64,000 nt of DNA, taken from the NCBI RefSeq assembly GCF_009914755.1, contig NC_060925.1, one strand, 5' to 3'. The translations under genes and the position numbers were made by a program. The notes beneath the pieces are model-generated. The model was not told where the DNA came from and did no database searches. It saw nothing but the letters and a program-made list of their open reading frames with translations. Source of the DNA: the human T2T-CHM13v2.0 reference genome, Homo sapiens. This document shows positions 42,311 through 57,167 of the stretch, in pieces; positions within the stretch are counted from its first letter, which is position 1; each line of letters opens with the position of its first letter.

Positions 42311-45300
42311 ATGAAATTGAAATGGATGGACTCATCATCGAATGGATTCGAATGGAATCATCGAATAAAATTGATTGAAATCATAATCGAATGGAATCGA
42401 ATGGTATCATTGAATGGAATCGAATGGAATCATCATCAGATGGAAATGAATGGAATCGTCATAGAATGGAATCGAATGGATTCATTGAATGGAATCAGAT
42501 GGAATCATCGAATGGACTGGAATGGAATCATTGAATGGACTCGAAAGGGATCATGATTGAATGGAATTGAATGGAATCATCGAATGGTCTCGATTGGAAT
42601 CATTATCAAATGGAATCGAATGGATTCACCGAATAGAATCGAATGGAACAATCATCGAATGGACTCAAATGGAATTATCCTCAAATGGAATCGAATGGAA
42701 TTATCGAATGCAATCGAATGGAATTATCGAATGCAATCGAATAGAATCATCGAATGGACTCGAATGGAATCATCGAATGGAATGGAATGGAACAGTCAAT
42801 GAACTCGAATGGAATCATCATTGAATGGAATCGAATGGAATCATCGAGTGGAATCGAATGGAATTATGATCAAATGGAATCGACTGTAATCATCATCAAA
42901 TGGAATCAAAAATAACCATCATCAACTGGTATTGAATGGAATTCTCATCAAATGGAATTCAAAGGAATCATCATCAAATGGAACTGAATGGAATCCTCAT
43001 TGAATGGAAATGAAAGGGGTCATCATCTAATGGAATCGCATGGAATCATCATCAAATGGAATCGAATGGAATCATCATCAAATGGAATCTGATGGAATCA
43101 TTGAACAGAATTGAATGGAATCGTCATCGAATGAATTGAATGCAATCATCGAATGGTCTCGAATGTAATCACATTCTAATGGAAAGGAATGGAATCATCG
43201 CATAGAATCGAATGGAATTAACATTGAATGGACTCGAATGGAATCAACATCAAACGGAATCAAGCGGAATTATCGAATGGAATCGAAGAGAATCATCGAA
43301 TGGACTCGAATGGAATCATCTAATGGAATGGAATGGAATAATCCACGGACTCGAATGCAATCATCATCGTATAGAATCGAATGGAATCATCGAATGGACT
43401 CGAATGGAATAACCATTGAACGGAATCGAATGGAATCATCATCGGATGGAAACGAATGGAATCATCATCGAATGGAAATGAAAGGAGTCATCATCTAATG
43501 GAATTGCATGGAATCATCATAAAATGGAATCGAATGGAATCATCATCAAATGGAATCAAATGGAAGCATTGAACGGAATTGAATGGAATCGTCATCGAAT
43601 GAATTGAATGCAACCATCGAATGATCTCGAATGGAATCATCTTCAAATGGAATGGAATGGAATCATCGCATAGAATCGAATGGAATTATCATCGAATGGA
43701 ATCGAATGGTATCAACATCAAACGGAAAAAAACGGTATAATCGAAAGGAATCAAAGAGAATCTTCGAATGGACCCGAATGGAATCATCTAATGGAATGGA
43801 ATGGAATAATCCATGGACACGAATGCAATCATCATCGAATGGAATCGAATGGAATCATCGAATGGACTCGAATGGAATAATCATTGAACGGAATCGAATG
43901 GAATCATCATCGGATGGAAATGAATGGAATCATCATCGAATGGAATCGAATAGAATTATGGAATGAAATCCAGTGTGATCATCATCGAATGGACCCGAAT
44001 GGAATCATCATCCAACGGAAGCTAATAGAATCAACATCGAATGAATCAAATGGAAACACCATCGAATTGAAACGAATGGAATTAGCATGAAATTGAAATG
44101 GATGGACTCATCCTCAAATGGATTCGAATGGAATCATCGAATAAAATTGATTGAAATCATCATCGAATGGAATCGAATGGTATCATTGAATGGAATCGAA
44201 TGGAATCATCATCAGATGGAAATGAAAGGAATCGTCATAGAATGGAATCGAATGGATTCATTGAATGGAATCAGATGGAATCATCGAATGGACTGGAATG
44301 GAATCATTGAATGGACTCGAAAGGGATCATTATTGAATGGAATTGAATGGAATCATCGAATGGTCTCGATTGGAATCATTATCAAATGGAATCGAATGGA
44401 ATCACCAAATAGAATCGAATGGAATAATCATCGAATGGACTCAAATGGAATTATCCTCAAATGGAATTGAATGGAATTATCGAATGCAATCGAATGGAAT
44501 TATCGAATGCAATCGAATAGAATCATCGAATGGACTCGAATGGAATCATCGAATGGAATGGAATGGAACAGTCAATGAACTCGAATGGAATCATCATTGA
44601 ATGGAATCGAATGGAATCATCTAGTGGAATCGAATGTAATCATCATCCAATGGAATCAAAAATAACCATCATCAAATGGAATCAAAAATAACCATCATCA
44701 ATTGGTATTGAATGGAATTCTCATCAAATGGAATTCAAAGGAATCATCATCAAATGGAACCGAATGGAATCCTCATTGAATGGAAATGAAAGGGGTCATC
44801 ATCTAATGGAATCGCATGGAATCATCATCAAATGGAATCGAATGGAATCAACATCAAATGGAATCAAATGGAATCATTGAACAGAATTGAATGGAATCGT
44901 CATCGAATGAATTGAATGCAATCATCGAATGGTCTCGAATGGAATCATCTTCAAATGGAATGGAATGGAATCATCGCATAGAATCGAATGGAATTTTCAT
45001 CGAATGGAATCGAATGGAATCAACATCAAACGGAAAAAAACGGAATTATCGAATGGAATCGAAGAGAATCACCGAATGGACCCGAATGGAATCATCTAAT
45101 GGAATGGAATGGAATAATCCATGGACTCGAATGCAATCATCATCGAATGGAATGGAATGGAATCATCGAATGGACTCGAATGGAATAATCATTGAACGGA
45201 ATCGAATGGAATCATCATCGGATGGAAATGAATGGAATCATCATCGAATGGAATCGAATAGAATTATGGAATTAAATCCAGTGTGATCATCATCGAATGG

Positions 45301-48300
45301 ACCCGAATGGAATCATCATCCAACGGAAGCTAATGGAATCAACATCGAATGAATCAAATGGAAACACCATCGAATTGAAACGAATGGAATTACCATGAAA
45401 TTGAAATGGATGGACTCATCCTCAAATGGATTCGAGTGGAATCATCGAATAAAATTGATTGAAATCATCATCGAATGGAATCGAATGGTATCATTGAATG
45501 GAATCGAATGGAATCATCATCAGATGGAAATGAAAGGAATCGTCATAGAATGGAATCGAATGGATTCATTGAATGGAATCAGATGGAATCATTGAATGGA
45601 CTGGAATGGAATCATTGAATGGACTCGAAAGGGATCATTATTGAATGGAATTGAATGGAATCATCGAATGGTCTCGATTGGAATCATTATCAAATGGAAT
45701 CGAATGGAATCACCGAATATAATCGAATGGAACAATCATCGAATGGACTCAAATGGAATTATCCTCTAATGGAATTGAATGGAATTATCGAATGCAATCG
45801 AATGGAATTATCGAATGCAATCGAATAGAATCATCGAATGGACTCGAATGGAATCATCGAATGGAATGGAATGGAACAGTCAATGAACTCGAATGGAATC
45901 ATGATTGAATGGAATCGAATGGAATCATCGAGTGGAATCGAATGGAATTATGATCAAATGGAATCGAATGTAATCATCATCAAATGGAATCAAAAATAAC
46001 CATCATCAATTGGTATTGAATGGAATTGTCATCAAGTGGAATTCAAAGGAAACATCATCAAATGGAACCGAATGGAATCCTCATTGAATGGAAATGAAAG
46101 GGGTCATCGTCTAATGGAATCGCATGGAATCATCATCAAATGGAATCGAATGGAATCATCATCAAATGGAATCTAATGGAATCATTCAACAGAATTGAAT
46201 GGAATCGTCATCGAATGAATTGAATGCAATCATCGAATGGTCTCGAATGGAACCATCTTCTAATGGAAAGGAATGGAATCATCGCATAGAATCGAATGGA
46301 ATTGTCATCGAATGGAATCGAATGGTATCAACACCAAACGGAAAAAAACGGAATTATCGAATGGAATCGAAGAGAATCTTCGAACGGACCCGAATGGAAT
46401 CATCTAATGGAATGGAATGGAATAATCCATGGACTCGAATGCAATCATCATCGAATGGAATCGAATGGAATCATCGAATGGACTCGAATGGAATAATCAT
46501 TGAACGGAATCGAATGGAATCATCATCGGATGGAAACGAATGGAATCATCATCGGATGGGAATGAAAGGAGTCATCATCTAATGGAATTGCATGGAATCA
46601 TCATAAAATGGAATCGAATGGAATCAACATCAAATGGAATCAAATGGAATCATTGAACGGAATTGAATGGAATCGTCATCGAATGAATTGAATGCAATCA
46701 TCGAATGGTCTCGAATGGAATCATCTTCAAATGGAATGGAATGGAATCATTGCATAGAATCGAATGGAATTATCATCGAATGGAATCGAATGGTATCAAC
46801 ATCAAACGGAAAAAAACGGAATTATCGAATGGAATCGAAGAGAATCTTCGAACGTACCCGAATGGAATCATCTAATGGAGTGGAATGGAATAATCCATGG
46901 ACTCGAATGCAATCATCATCGAATGGAATCGAATGGAATCATCGAATGGTCTCGAATGGAATAATCATTGAACGGAATTGAATGGAATCATCATCGGATG
47001 GAAATGAATGGAATGATCATCGAATGGAATCGAATAGAATTATGGAATGAAATCCAGTGTGATCATCATCGAATGGACCCGAATGGAATCATCATCCAAC
47101 GGAAGCTAATGGAATCAACATCGAATGAATCGAATGGAAACACCATCGAATTGAAACGAATGGAATTATCATGAAATTGAAATGGATGGACCCATCATCG
47201 AATGGATTCGAATGGAATCATCGAATAAAATTGATTGAAATCATCATCAAATGGAATCGAATGGTGTCATTGAATGGGATCGAATGGAATCATCGTCAGA
47301 TGGAAATGAATGGAATCGTCATAGAATGGAATCGAATGGATTCATTGAATGGAATCAGATGGAATCATCGAATGGACTGGAATGGAATCATTCAATGGAC
47401 TCGAATGGAATCATTATTGAATGGAATTGAATGGAATCATCGAATGGTCTCGATTGGAATCATTATCACATGGAATCGAATGGAATCACCGAATAGAATC
47501 GAATGGAACAATCATCGAATTGACTCAAATGGAATTATCCTCAAATGGAATCGAATGGAATTATCGAATGCAATCGAATGGAATTATCGAATGCAATCGA
47601 ATAGAATCATCGAATGGACTCGAATGGAATCATCGAATGGAATGGAATGGAACAGTCAATGAACTCGAATGGAATCATCATTGAATGGAATCGAATGGAA
47701 TCATCGAGTGGAATCGAATGTAATCATCATCAAATGGAATCAAAAATAACCATCATCAAATGGAATCAAAAATAACCATCATCAATTGGTATTGAATGGA
47801 ATTCTCATCAAATGGAATTCAAAGGAATCATCATCAAATGGAACCGAATGGAATCCTCATTGAATGGAAATGAAAGGGGTCATCATCTAATGGAATCGCA
47901 TGGAATCATCATAAAATGGAATCGAATGGAATCAACATCAAATGGAATCAAATGGAATCATTGAACGGAATTGAATGGAATCGTCATCGAATGAATTGAA
48001 TGCAATCATCGAATGGTCTCGAATGGAATCATCTTCAAATGGAATGGAATGGAATCATCGCATAGAATCGAATGGAATTATCATCGAATGGAATCGAATG
48101 GAATCAACATCAAACGGAAAAAAACCGAATTATCGAATGGAATCGAAGAGAATCATCGAATTGACCCGAATGGAATCATCTAATGGAATGGAATGGAATA
48201 ATCCATGGACTCGAATGCAATCATCATCGAATGGAATCGAATGGAATCATCGAATGGACTCGAATGGAATAATCATTGAACGGAATCGAATGGAATCATC

Positions 48301-48478
48301 ATCGGATGGAAATGAATGGAATCATCATCGAATGGAATCGAATAGAATTATGGAATGAAATCCAGTGTGATCATCATCGAATGGACCCGAATGGAATCAT
48401 CATCTATCGGAAGCAAATGGAATCAACATCGAATGAATCGAATGGAAACACCATCGAATTGAAACGAATGGAATTATC

Positions 48479-51400
48479 ATGAAATTGAAATGGATGGACT
48501 CATCATCGAATGGATTCGAATGGAATCATCGAATAAAATTGATTGAAATCATCATCAAATGGAATCGAATGGTATCATTGAATGGAATCGAATGGAATCA
48601 TCATCAGATGGAAATGAATGGAATCGTCATAGAATGGAATCGAATGGATTCATTGAATGGAATCAGATGGAATCATCGAATGGACTGGAATGGAATCATT
48701 GAATGGACTCGAAAGGGATCATGATTGAATGGAATTGAATGGAATCATCGAATGGTCTCGATTGGAATCATTATCAAATGGAATCGAATGGAATCACCGA
48801 ATAGAATCGAATGGAACAATCATCGAATGGACTCAAATGGAATTATCCTCCAATGGAATCGAATGGAATTATCGAATGCAATCGAATGGAATTATCGAAT
48901 GCAATCGAATAGAATCACCGAATGGACTCGAATGGTATCATCGAGTGGAATCGAATGGAATTATGATCAAATGGAATCGAATGTAATCATCATCAAATGG
49001 AATCAAAAATAACCATCATCAATTGGTATTGAATGGAATTGTTATCAAATGGAATTCAAAGAAAACATCATCAAATGGAACTGAATGGAATCCTCATTGA
49101 ATGGAAATGAAAGGGGTCATCATCTAATGGAATAGCATGGAATAATCATCAAATGGAATCGAATGAAATCATCATCAAATTGAATCTAATGGAAACATTG
49201 AACAGAATTGAATGGAATCGTCATCGAATGAATTGAATGCAATCATCGAATGGTCTCGAATGGAATCATCTTCTAATGGAAAGGAATGGAATCATCGCAT
49301 AGAATCAAATGGAATTAACATTGAATGGAATCGAATGGAATCAACATCAAATGGAATCAAGCGGAATTATCGAACGAAATCGAAGAGAATCATCGAATGG
49401 ACTCGAATGGAATCATCTAATGGAATGGAATGGAATAATCCACGGACTCGAATGCAATCATCATCGTATAGAATCGAATGGAATCATCGAATGGACTCGA
49501 ATGGAATAACCATTGAACGGAATCGAATGGAATCATCATCGGATGGAAACGAATGGAATCATCATCGAATGGAAATGAAAGGAGTCATCATCTAATGGAA
49601 TTGCATGGAATCATCATAAAATGGAATCGAATGGAATCATCATCAAATGGAATCAAATGGAAGCATTGAACGGAATTGAATGGAATCGTCATCGAATGAA
49701 TTGAATGCAATCATCGAATGGTCTCGAATGGAATCATCTTCAAATGGAATGGAATGGAATCATCGCATAGAATCGAATGGAATTATCATCGAATGGAATC
49801 GAATGGAATCAACATCAAACGGAAAAAAACGGAATTATCGAATGGAATCGAAGAGAATCTTCGAATGGACCCGAATGGAATCATCTAATGGAATGGAATG
49901 GAATAATCCATGGACTCGAATGCAATCATCATCGAGTGGAATCGAATGGAATCATCGAATGGACTCGAATGGAATAATCATTGAACGGAATCGAATGGAA
50001 TCATCATCGGATGGAAATGAAAGGAGTCATCATCTAATGGAATTGCATGGAATCATCATAAAATGGAATCGAATGGAATCAACATCAAATGGAATCAAAT
50101 GGAATCATTGAACGGAATTGAATGGAATCGTCATCGAATGAATTGAATGCAATCATCGAATGGTCTCGAATGGAATCATCTTCAAATGGAATGGAATGGA
50201 ATCATCGCATAGAATCGAATGGAATTATCATCGAATGGAATCGAATGGAATCAACATCAAACGGAAAAAAACGGAATTATCGAATGGAATCGAAGAGAAT
50301 CATCGAATGGACCCGAATGGAATCATCTAATGGAATGGAATGGAATAATCCATGGACTCGAAAGCAATCATCATCGAATGGAATCGAATGGAATCATCAT
50401 CAAATGGAATCTGATGGAATCATTGAACAGAATTGAATGGAATCGTCATCGAATGAATTGAATGCAATCATCGAATGGTCTCGAATGTAATCACATTCTA
50501 ATGGAAAGGAATGGAATCATCGCATAGAATCGAATGGAATTAACATTGAATGGACTCGAATGGAATCAACATCAAACGGAATCAAGCGGAATTATCGAAT
50601 GGAATCGAAGAGAATCATCGAATGGTCTCGAATGGAATCATCTTCTAATGGAAAGGAATGGAATCATCGCATAGAATCGAATGGAATTAACATTGAATGG
50701 ACTCGAATGGAATCAACATCAAATGGAATCAAGCGGAATTATCGAATGAAATCGAAGAGAATCATCGAATGGACTCGAATGGAATCATCTAATGGAATGG
50801 AATGGAATAATCCACGGACTCGAATGCAATCATCATCGTATAGAATCGAATGGAATCATCGAAAGGACTCGAATGGAATAACCATTGAACGGAATCGAAT
50901 GGAATCATCATCGGATGGAAACGAATGGAATCATCATCGAATGGAAATGAAAGGAGTCATCATCTAATGGAATTGCATGGAATCATCATCAAATGGAATC
51001 GAATGGAATCATCATCAAATGGAATCAAATGGAATCATTGAACGGAATTGAATGGAATCGTCATCGAATGAATTGAATGCAATCATCGAATGGTCTCGAA
51101 TGGAATCATCTTCAAATGGAATGGAATGGAATCATCGCATAGAATCGAATGGAATTATCATCGAATGGAATCGAATGGTATCAACATCAAACGGAAAAAA
51201 ACGGAATTATCGAATGGAACCAAAGAGAATCTTCGAACGGACCCGAATGGAATCATCTAATGGAATGGAATGGAATAATCCATGGACTCGAATGCAATCA
51301 TCATCGAATGGAATCGAATGGAATCATTGAAAGGACTCGTATGGAATAATAATTGAACGGAATCGAATGGAATCATCATCGGATGGAAATGAATGGAATC

Positions 51401-51555
51401 ATCATCGAATGGAATCGAATAGAATTATGGAATGAAATCCAGTGTGATCATCATCGAATGGACCCGAATGGAATCATCATCCAACGGAAGCTAATGGAAT
51501 CAACATACAATGAATCGAATGGAAACACCATCGAATTGAAACGAATGGAATTACC
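48479..51555 (+). repeat. 3,077 bp rearranged/fused unit with five module starts
   Basis: Anchors at 48479 and 51556. Module starts at 49212, 49680, 50122, 50437 and 51052. Segments sum as 733+468+442+315+615+504 = 3077. Confidence 0.85.
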
Positions 51556-53478
51556 ATGAAATTGAAATGGATGGACTCATCATCGAATGGATTCCAATGG
51601 AATCATCGAATAAAATTGATTGAAATCATCATCGAATGGAATCGAATGGTATCATTGAATGGAATCGAATGGAATCATCATCAGATGGAAATGAATGGAA
51701 TCGTCATAGAATGGAATCGAATGGATTCATTGAATGGAATCAGATGGAATCATCGAATGGACTGGAATGGAATCATTGAATGGACTCGAAAGGGATCATT
51801 ATTGAATGGAATTGAATGGAATCATCGAATGGTCTCGATTGGAATCATTATCAAATGGAATCGAATGGAATCACCGAATAGAATCGAATGGAACAATCAT
51901 CGAATGGACTCAAATGGAATTATCCTCAAATAGAATCGAATGGAATTATCGAATGCAATCGAATGGAATTAACGAATGCAATCGAATAGAATCATCGAAT
52001 GGACTCGAATGGAATCATCGAATGGAATGGAATGGAACAGTCAATGAACTCGAATGGAATCATCATTGAATGGAATCGAATCGAATCATCGAGTGGAATC
52101 GAATGGAATTATGATCAAATGGAATCGAATGTAATCATCATCAAATGGAATCAAAAATAAACATCATCAATTGGTATTGAATGGAATTCTCATCAAATGG
52201 AATTCAAAGGAATCATCATCAAATGGAACTGAATGGAATCCTCATTGAATGGAAATGAAAGGGGTCATCATCTAATGGAATCGCATGGAATCATCATCAA
52301 ATGGAATCGAATGGAATCATCATCAAATGGAATCTGATGGAATCATTGAACAGAATTGAATGGAATCGTCATCGAATGAATTGAATGCAATCATCGAATG
52401 GTCTCGAATGTAATCACATTCTAATGGAAAGGAATGGAATCATCGCATAGAATCGAATGGAATTAACATTGAATGGACTCGAATGGAATCAACATCAAAC
52501 GGAATCAAGCGGAATTATCGAATGGAATCGAAGAGAATCATCGAATGGTCTCGAATGGAATCATCTTCTAATGGAAAGGAATGGAATCATCGCATAGAAT
52601 CGAATGGAATTAACATTGAATGGACTCGAATGGAATCAACATCAAATGGAATCAAGCGGAATTATCGAATGAAATCGAAGAGAATCATCGAATGGACTCG
52701 AATGGAATCATCTAATGGAATGGAACGGAATAATCCACGGACTCGAATGCAATCATCATCCTATAGAATCAAATGGAATCATCGAAAGGACTCGAATGGA
52801 ATAACCATTGAACGGAATCGAATGGAATCATCATCGGATGGAAACGAATGGAATCATCATCGAATGGAAATGAAATGAGTCATCATCTAATGGAATTGCA
52901 TGGAATCATCATAAAATGGAATCGAATGGAATCATCATCAAATGGAATCAAATGGAATCATTGAACGGAATTCAATGGAATCGTCATCGAATGAATTGAA
53001 TGCAATCATCGAATGGTCTCGAATGGAATCATCTTCAAATGGAATGGAATGGAATCATCGCATAGAATCGAATGGAATTATCATCGAATGGAATCGAATG
53101 GTATCAACATCAAACGGAAAAAAACGGAATTATCGAATGGAATCAAAGAGAATCTTCGAACGGACCCGAATGGAATCATCTAATGGAATGGAATGGAATA
53201 ATCCATGGACTCGAATGCAATCATCATCGAATGGAATCGAATGGAATCATTGAAAGGACTCGAATGGAATAATCATTGAACGGAATCGAATGGAATCATC
53301 ATCGGATGGAAATGAATGGAATCATCATCGAATGGAATCGAATAGAATTATGGAATGAAATCCAGTGTGATCATCATCGAATGGACCCGAATGGAATCAT
53401 CATCCAACGGAAGCTAATGGAATCAACATCGAATGAATCGAATGGAAACACCATCGAATTGAAACGAATGGAATTATC
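51556..53478 (+). repeat. 1,923 bp unit (1776 + 147 bp internal duplication)
   Basis: Anchors at 51556 and 53479. ATCAAGCGG occurs at 52504 and 52651. Confidence 0.88.
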
Positions 53479-55244
53479 ATGAAATTGAAATGGATGGACT
53501 CATCATCGAATGGATTCGAAAGGAATCATCGAATAAAATTGATTGAAATCATCATCGAATGGAATCGAATGGTATCATCGAATGGAATCGAATGGAATCA
53601 TCATCAGATGGAAATGAATGGAATCGTCATAGAATGGAATCGAATGGATTCATTGAATGGAATCAGATGGAATCATCGAATGGACTGGAATGGAATCATT
53701 GAATGGACTCGAAAGAGATCATGATTGAATGGAATTGAATGGAATCATCGAATGGTCTCGATTGGAATCATTATCAAATGGAATCGAATGGAATCACCGA
53801 ATAGAATCGAATGGAACAATCATCGAATGGACTCAAATGGAATTATCCTCCAATGGAATCGAATGGAATTATCGAATGCAATCGAATGGAATTATCGAAT
53901 GCAATCGAATAGAATCATCGAATGGACTCGAATGGAATCATCGAATGGAATGGAATGGAACAGTCAATGAACTCGAATGGAATCATCATTGAATGGAATC
54001 ATCGAGTGGAATCGAAAGGAATTATGATCAAATGGAATCGAACGTAATCATCATCAAATGGAATCAAAAATAACCATCATCAATTGGTATTGAATGGAAT
54101 TGTCATCAAATGGAATTCAAAGGAATCATCATCAAATGGAACCGAATGGAATCCTCATTGAATGGAAATGAAAGGGGTCATCATCTAATGGAATCGCATG
54201 GAATCATCATCAAATGGAATCGAATGGAATCATCATCAAATGGAATCTAATGGAATCATTGAAAAGAATTGAAGGGAGTCGTCATCGAATGAATTGAATG
54301 CAATCATCGAATGGTCTCGAATGGAATCATCTTCTAATGGAAAGGACTGGAATCATCGCATAGAATCGAATGGAATTATCATCGAATGGAATCGAATGGT
54401 ATCAACACCAAACGGAAAAAAACGGAATTATCGAATGGAATCGAAGAGAATCTTCGAACGGACCCGAATGGAATCATCTAATGGAATGGAATGGAATAAT
54501 CCATGGACTCGAATGCAATCATCATCGAATGGAATCGAATGGAATCATCGAATGGACTCGAATGGAATAATCATTGAACGGAATCGAATGGAATCATCAT
54601 CGGATGGAAACGAATGGAATCATCATCGAATGGAAATGTAAGGAGTCATCATCTAATGGAATTGCATGGAATCATCATAAAATGGAATCGAATGGAATCA
54701 ACATCAAATGGAATCAAATGGAATCATTGAACGGAATTGAATGGAATCGTCATCGAATGAATTGAATGCAATCATCGAATGGTCTCGAATGGAATCATCT
54801 TCAAATGGAATGGAATGGAATCATCGCATAGAATCGAATGGAATTATCATCGAATGGAATCGAATGGAATCAACATCAAACAGAAAAAAACGGAATTATC
54901 GAATGGAATCGAAGAGAATCATCGAATGGACCCGAATGGAATCATCTAATGGAATGGAATGGAATAATCCATGGACTCGAATGCAATCATCATCGAATGG
55001 AATCGAATGGAATCATCGAATGGACTCGAATGGAATAATCATTGAACGGAATCGAATGGAATCATCATCGGATGGAAATGAATGGAATCATCATCGAATG
55101 GAATCGAATAGAATTATGGAATGAAATCCAGTGTGATCATCATCGAATGGACCCGAATGGAATCATCATCCAACGGAAGCTAATGGAATCAACATCGAAT
55201 GAATCGAATGGAAACACCATCGAATTGAAACGAATGGAATTATC

Positions 55245-57167
55245 ATGAAATTGAAATGGATGGACTCATCATCGAATGGATTCGAATGGAATCATCGAAT
55301 AAAATTGATTGAAATCATCATCGAATGGTATCGAATGGTATCATTGAATGGAATCGAATGGAATCATCATCAGATGGAAATGAATGGAATCGTCATAGAA
55401 TGGAATCGAATGGATTCATTGAATGGAATCAGATGGAATCATCGAATGGACTGGAATGGAATCATTGAATGGACTCGAAAGGGATCATTATTGAATGGAA
55501 TTGAATGGAATCATTGAATGGTCTCGATTGGAATCATTATCAAATGGAATCGAATGGAATCACCGAATAGAATCGAATGGAACAATCATCGAATGGACTC
55601 AAATGGAATTATCCTCAAATGGAATCGAATGGAATTATCGAATGCAATCGAATGGAATTATCGAATGCAATCGAATAGAATCATCGAATGGACTCGAATG
55701 GAATCATCGAATGGAATGGAATGGAACAGTCAATGAACTCGAATGGAATCATCATTGAATGGAATCGAATGGAATCATCGAGTGGAATCGAATGGAATTA
55801 TGATCAAATGGAATCGAATGTAATCATCATCAAATGGAATCAAAAATAACCATCATCAATTGGTATTGAATGGAATTCTCATCAAATGGAATTCAAAGGA
55901 ATCATCATCAAATGGAACTGAATGGAATCCTCATTGAATGGAAATGAAAGGGGTCATCATCTAATGGAATCGCATGGAATCATCATCAAATGGAATCGAA
56001 TGGAATCATCATCAAATGGAATCTGATGGAATCATTGAACAGAATTGAATGGAATCGTCATCGAATGAATTGAATGCAATCATCGAATGGTCTCGAATGT
56101 AATCACATTCTAATGGAAAGGAATGGAATCATCGCATAGAATAGAATGGAATTAATATTGAATGGACTCGAATGGAATCAACATCAAACGGAATCAAGCG
56201 GAATTATCGAATGGAATCGAAAAGAATCATCGAATGGTCTCGAATGGAATCATCTTCTAATGGAAAGTAATGGAATCATCGCATAGAATCGAATGGAATT
56301 AACATTGAATGGACTCGAATGGAATCAACATCAAATGGAATCAAGCGGAATTATCGAATGAAATCGAAGAGAATCATCGAATGGACTCGAATGGAATCAT
56401 CTAATGGAATGGAATGGAATAATCCACGGACTCGAATGCAATAATCATCGTTTAGAATCGAATGGAATCATCGAAAGGACTCGAATGGAATAACCATTGA
56501 ACGGAATCGAATGGAATCATCATCGGATGGAAACGAATGGAATCATCATCGAATGGAAATGAAAGGAGTCATCATCTAATGGAATTGCATGGAATCATCA
56601 TAAAATGGAATCGAATGGAATCATCATCAAATGGAATCAAATGGAATCATTGAACGGAATTGAATGGAATCGTCATCGAATGAATTGAATGCAATCATCG
56701 AATGGTCTCGAATGGAATCATCTTCAAATGGAATGGAATGGAATCATCGCATAGAATCGAATGGAATTATCATCGAATGGAAACGAATGGTATCAACATC
56801 AAACGGAAAAAAACGGAATTATCGAATGGAATCGAAGAGAATCTTCGAACGGACCCGAATGGAATCATCTAATGGAATGGAATGGAATAATCCATGGACT
56901 CGAATGCAATCATCATCGAATGGAATCGAATGGAATCATTGAAAGGACTCGAATGGAATAATCATTGAACGGAATCGAATGGAATCATCATCGGATGGAA
57001 ATGAATGGAATCATCATCGAATGGAATCGAATAGAATTATGGAATGAAATCCAGTGTGATCATCATCGAATGGACCCGAATGGAATTATCATCCAACGGA
57101 AGCTAATGGAATCAACATCGAATGAATCGAATGGAAACACCATCGAATTGAAACGAATGGAATTACC
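55245..57167 (+). repeat. 1,923 bp unit (1776 + 147)
   Basis: Anchors at 55245 and 57168. ATCAAGCGG occurs at 56193 and 56340. Confidence 0.88.
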
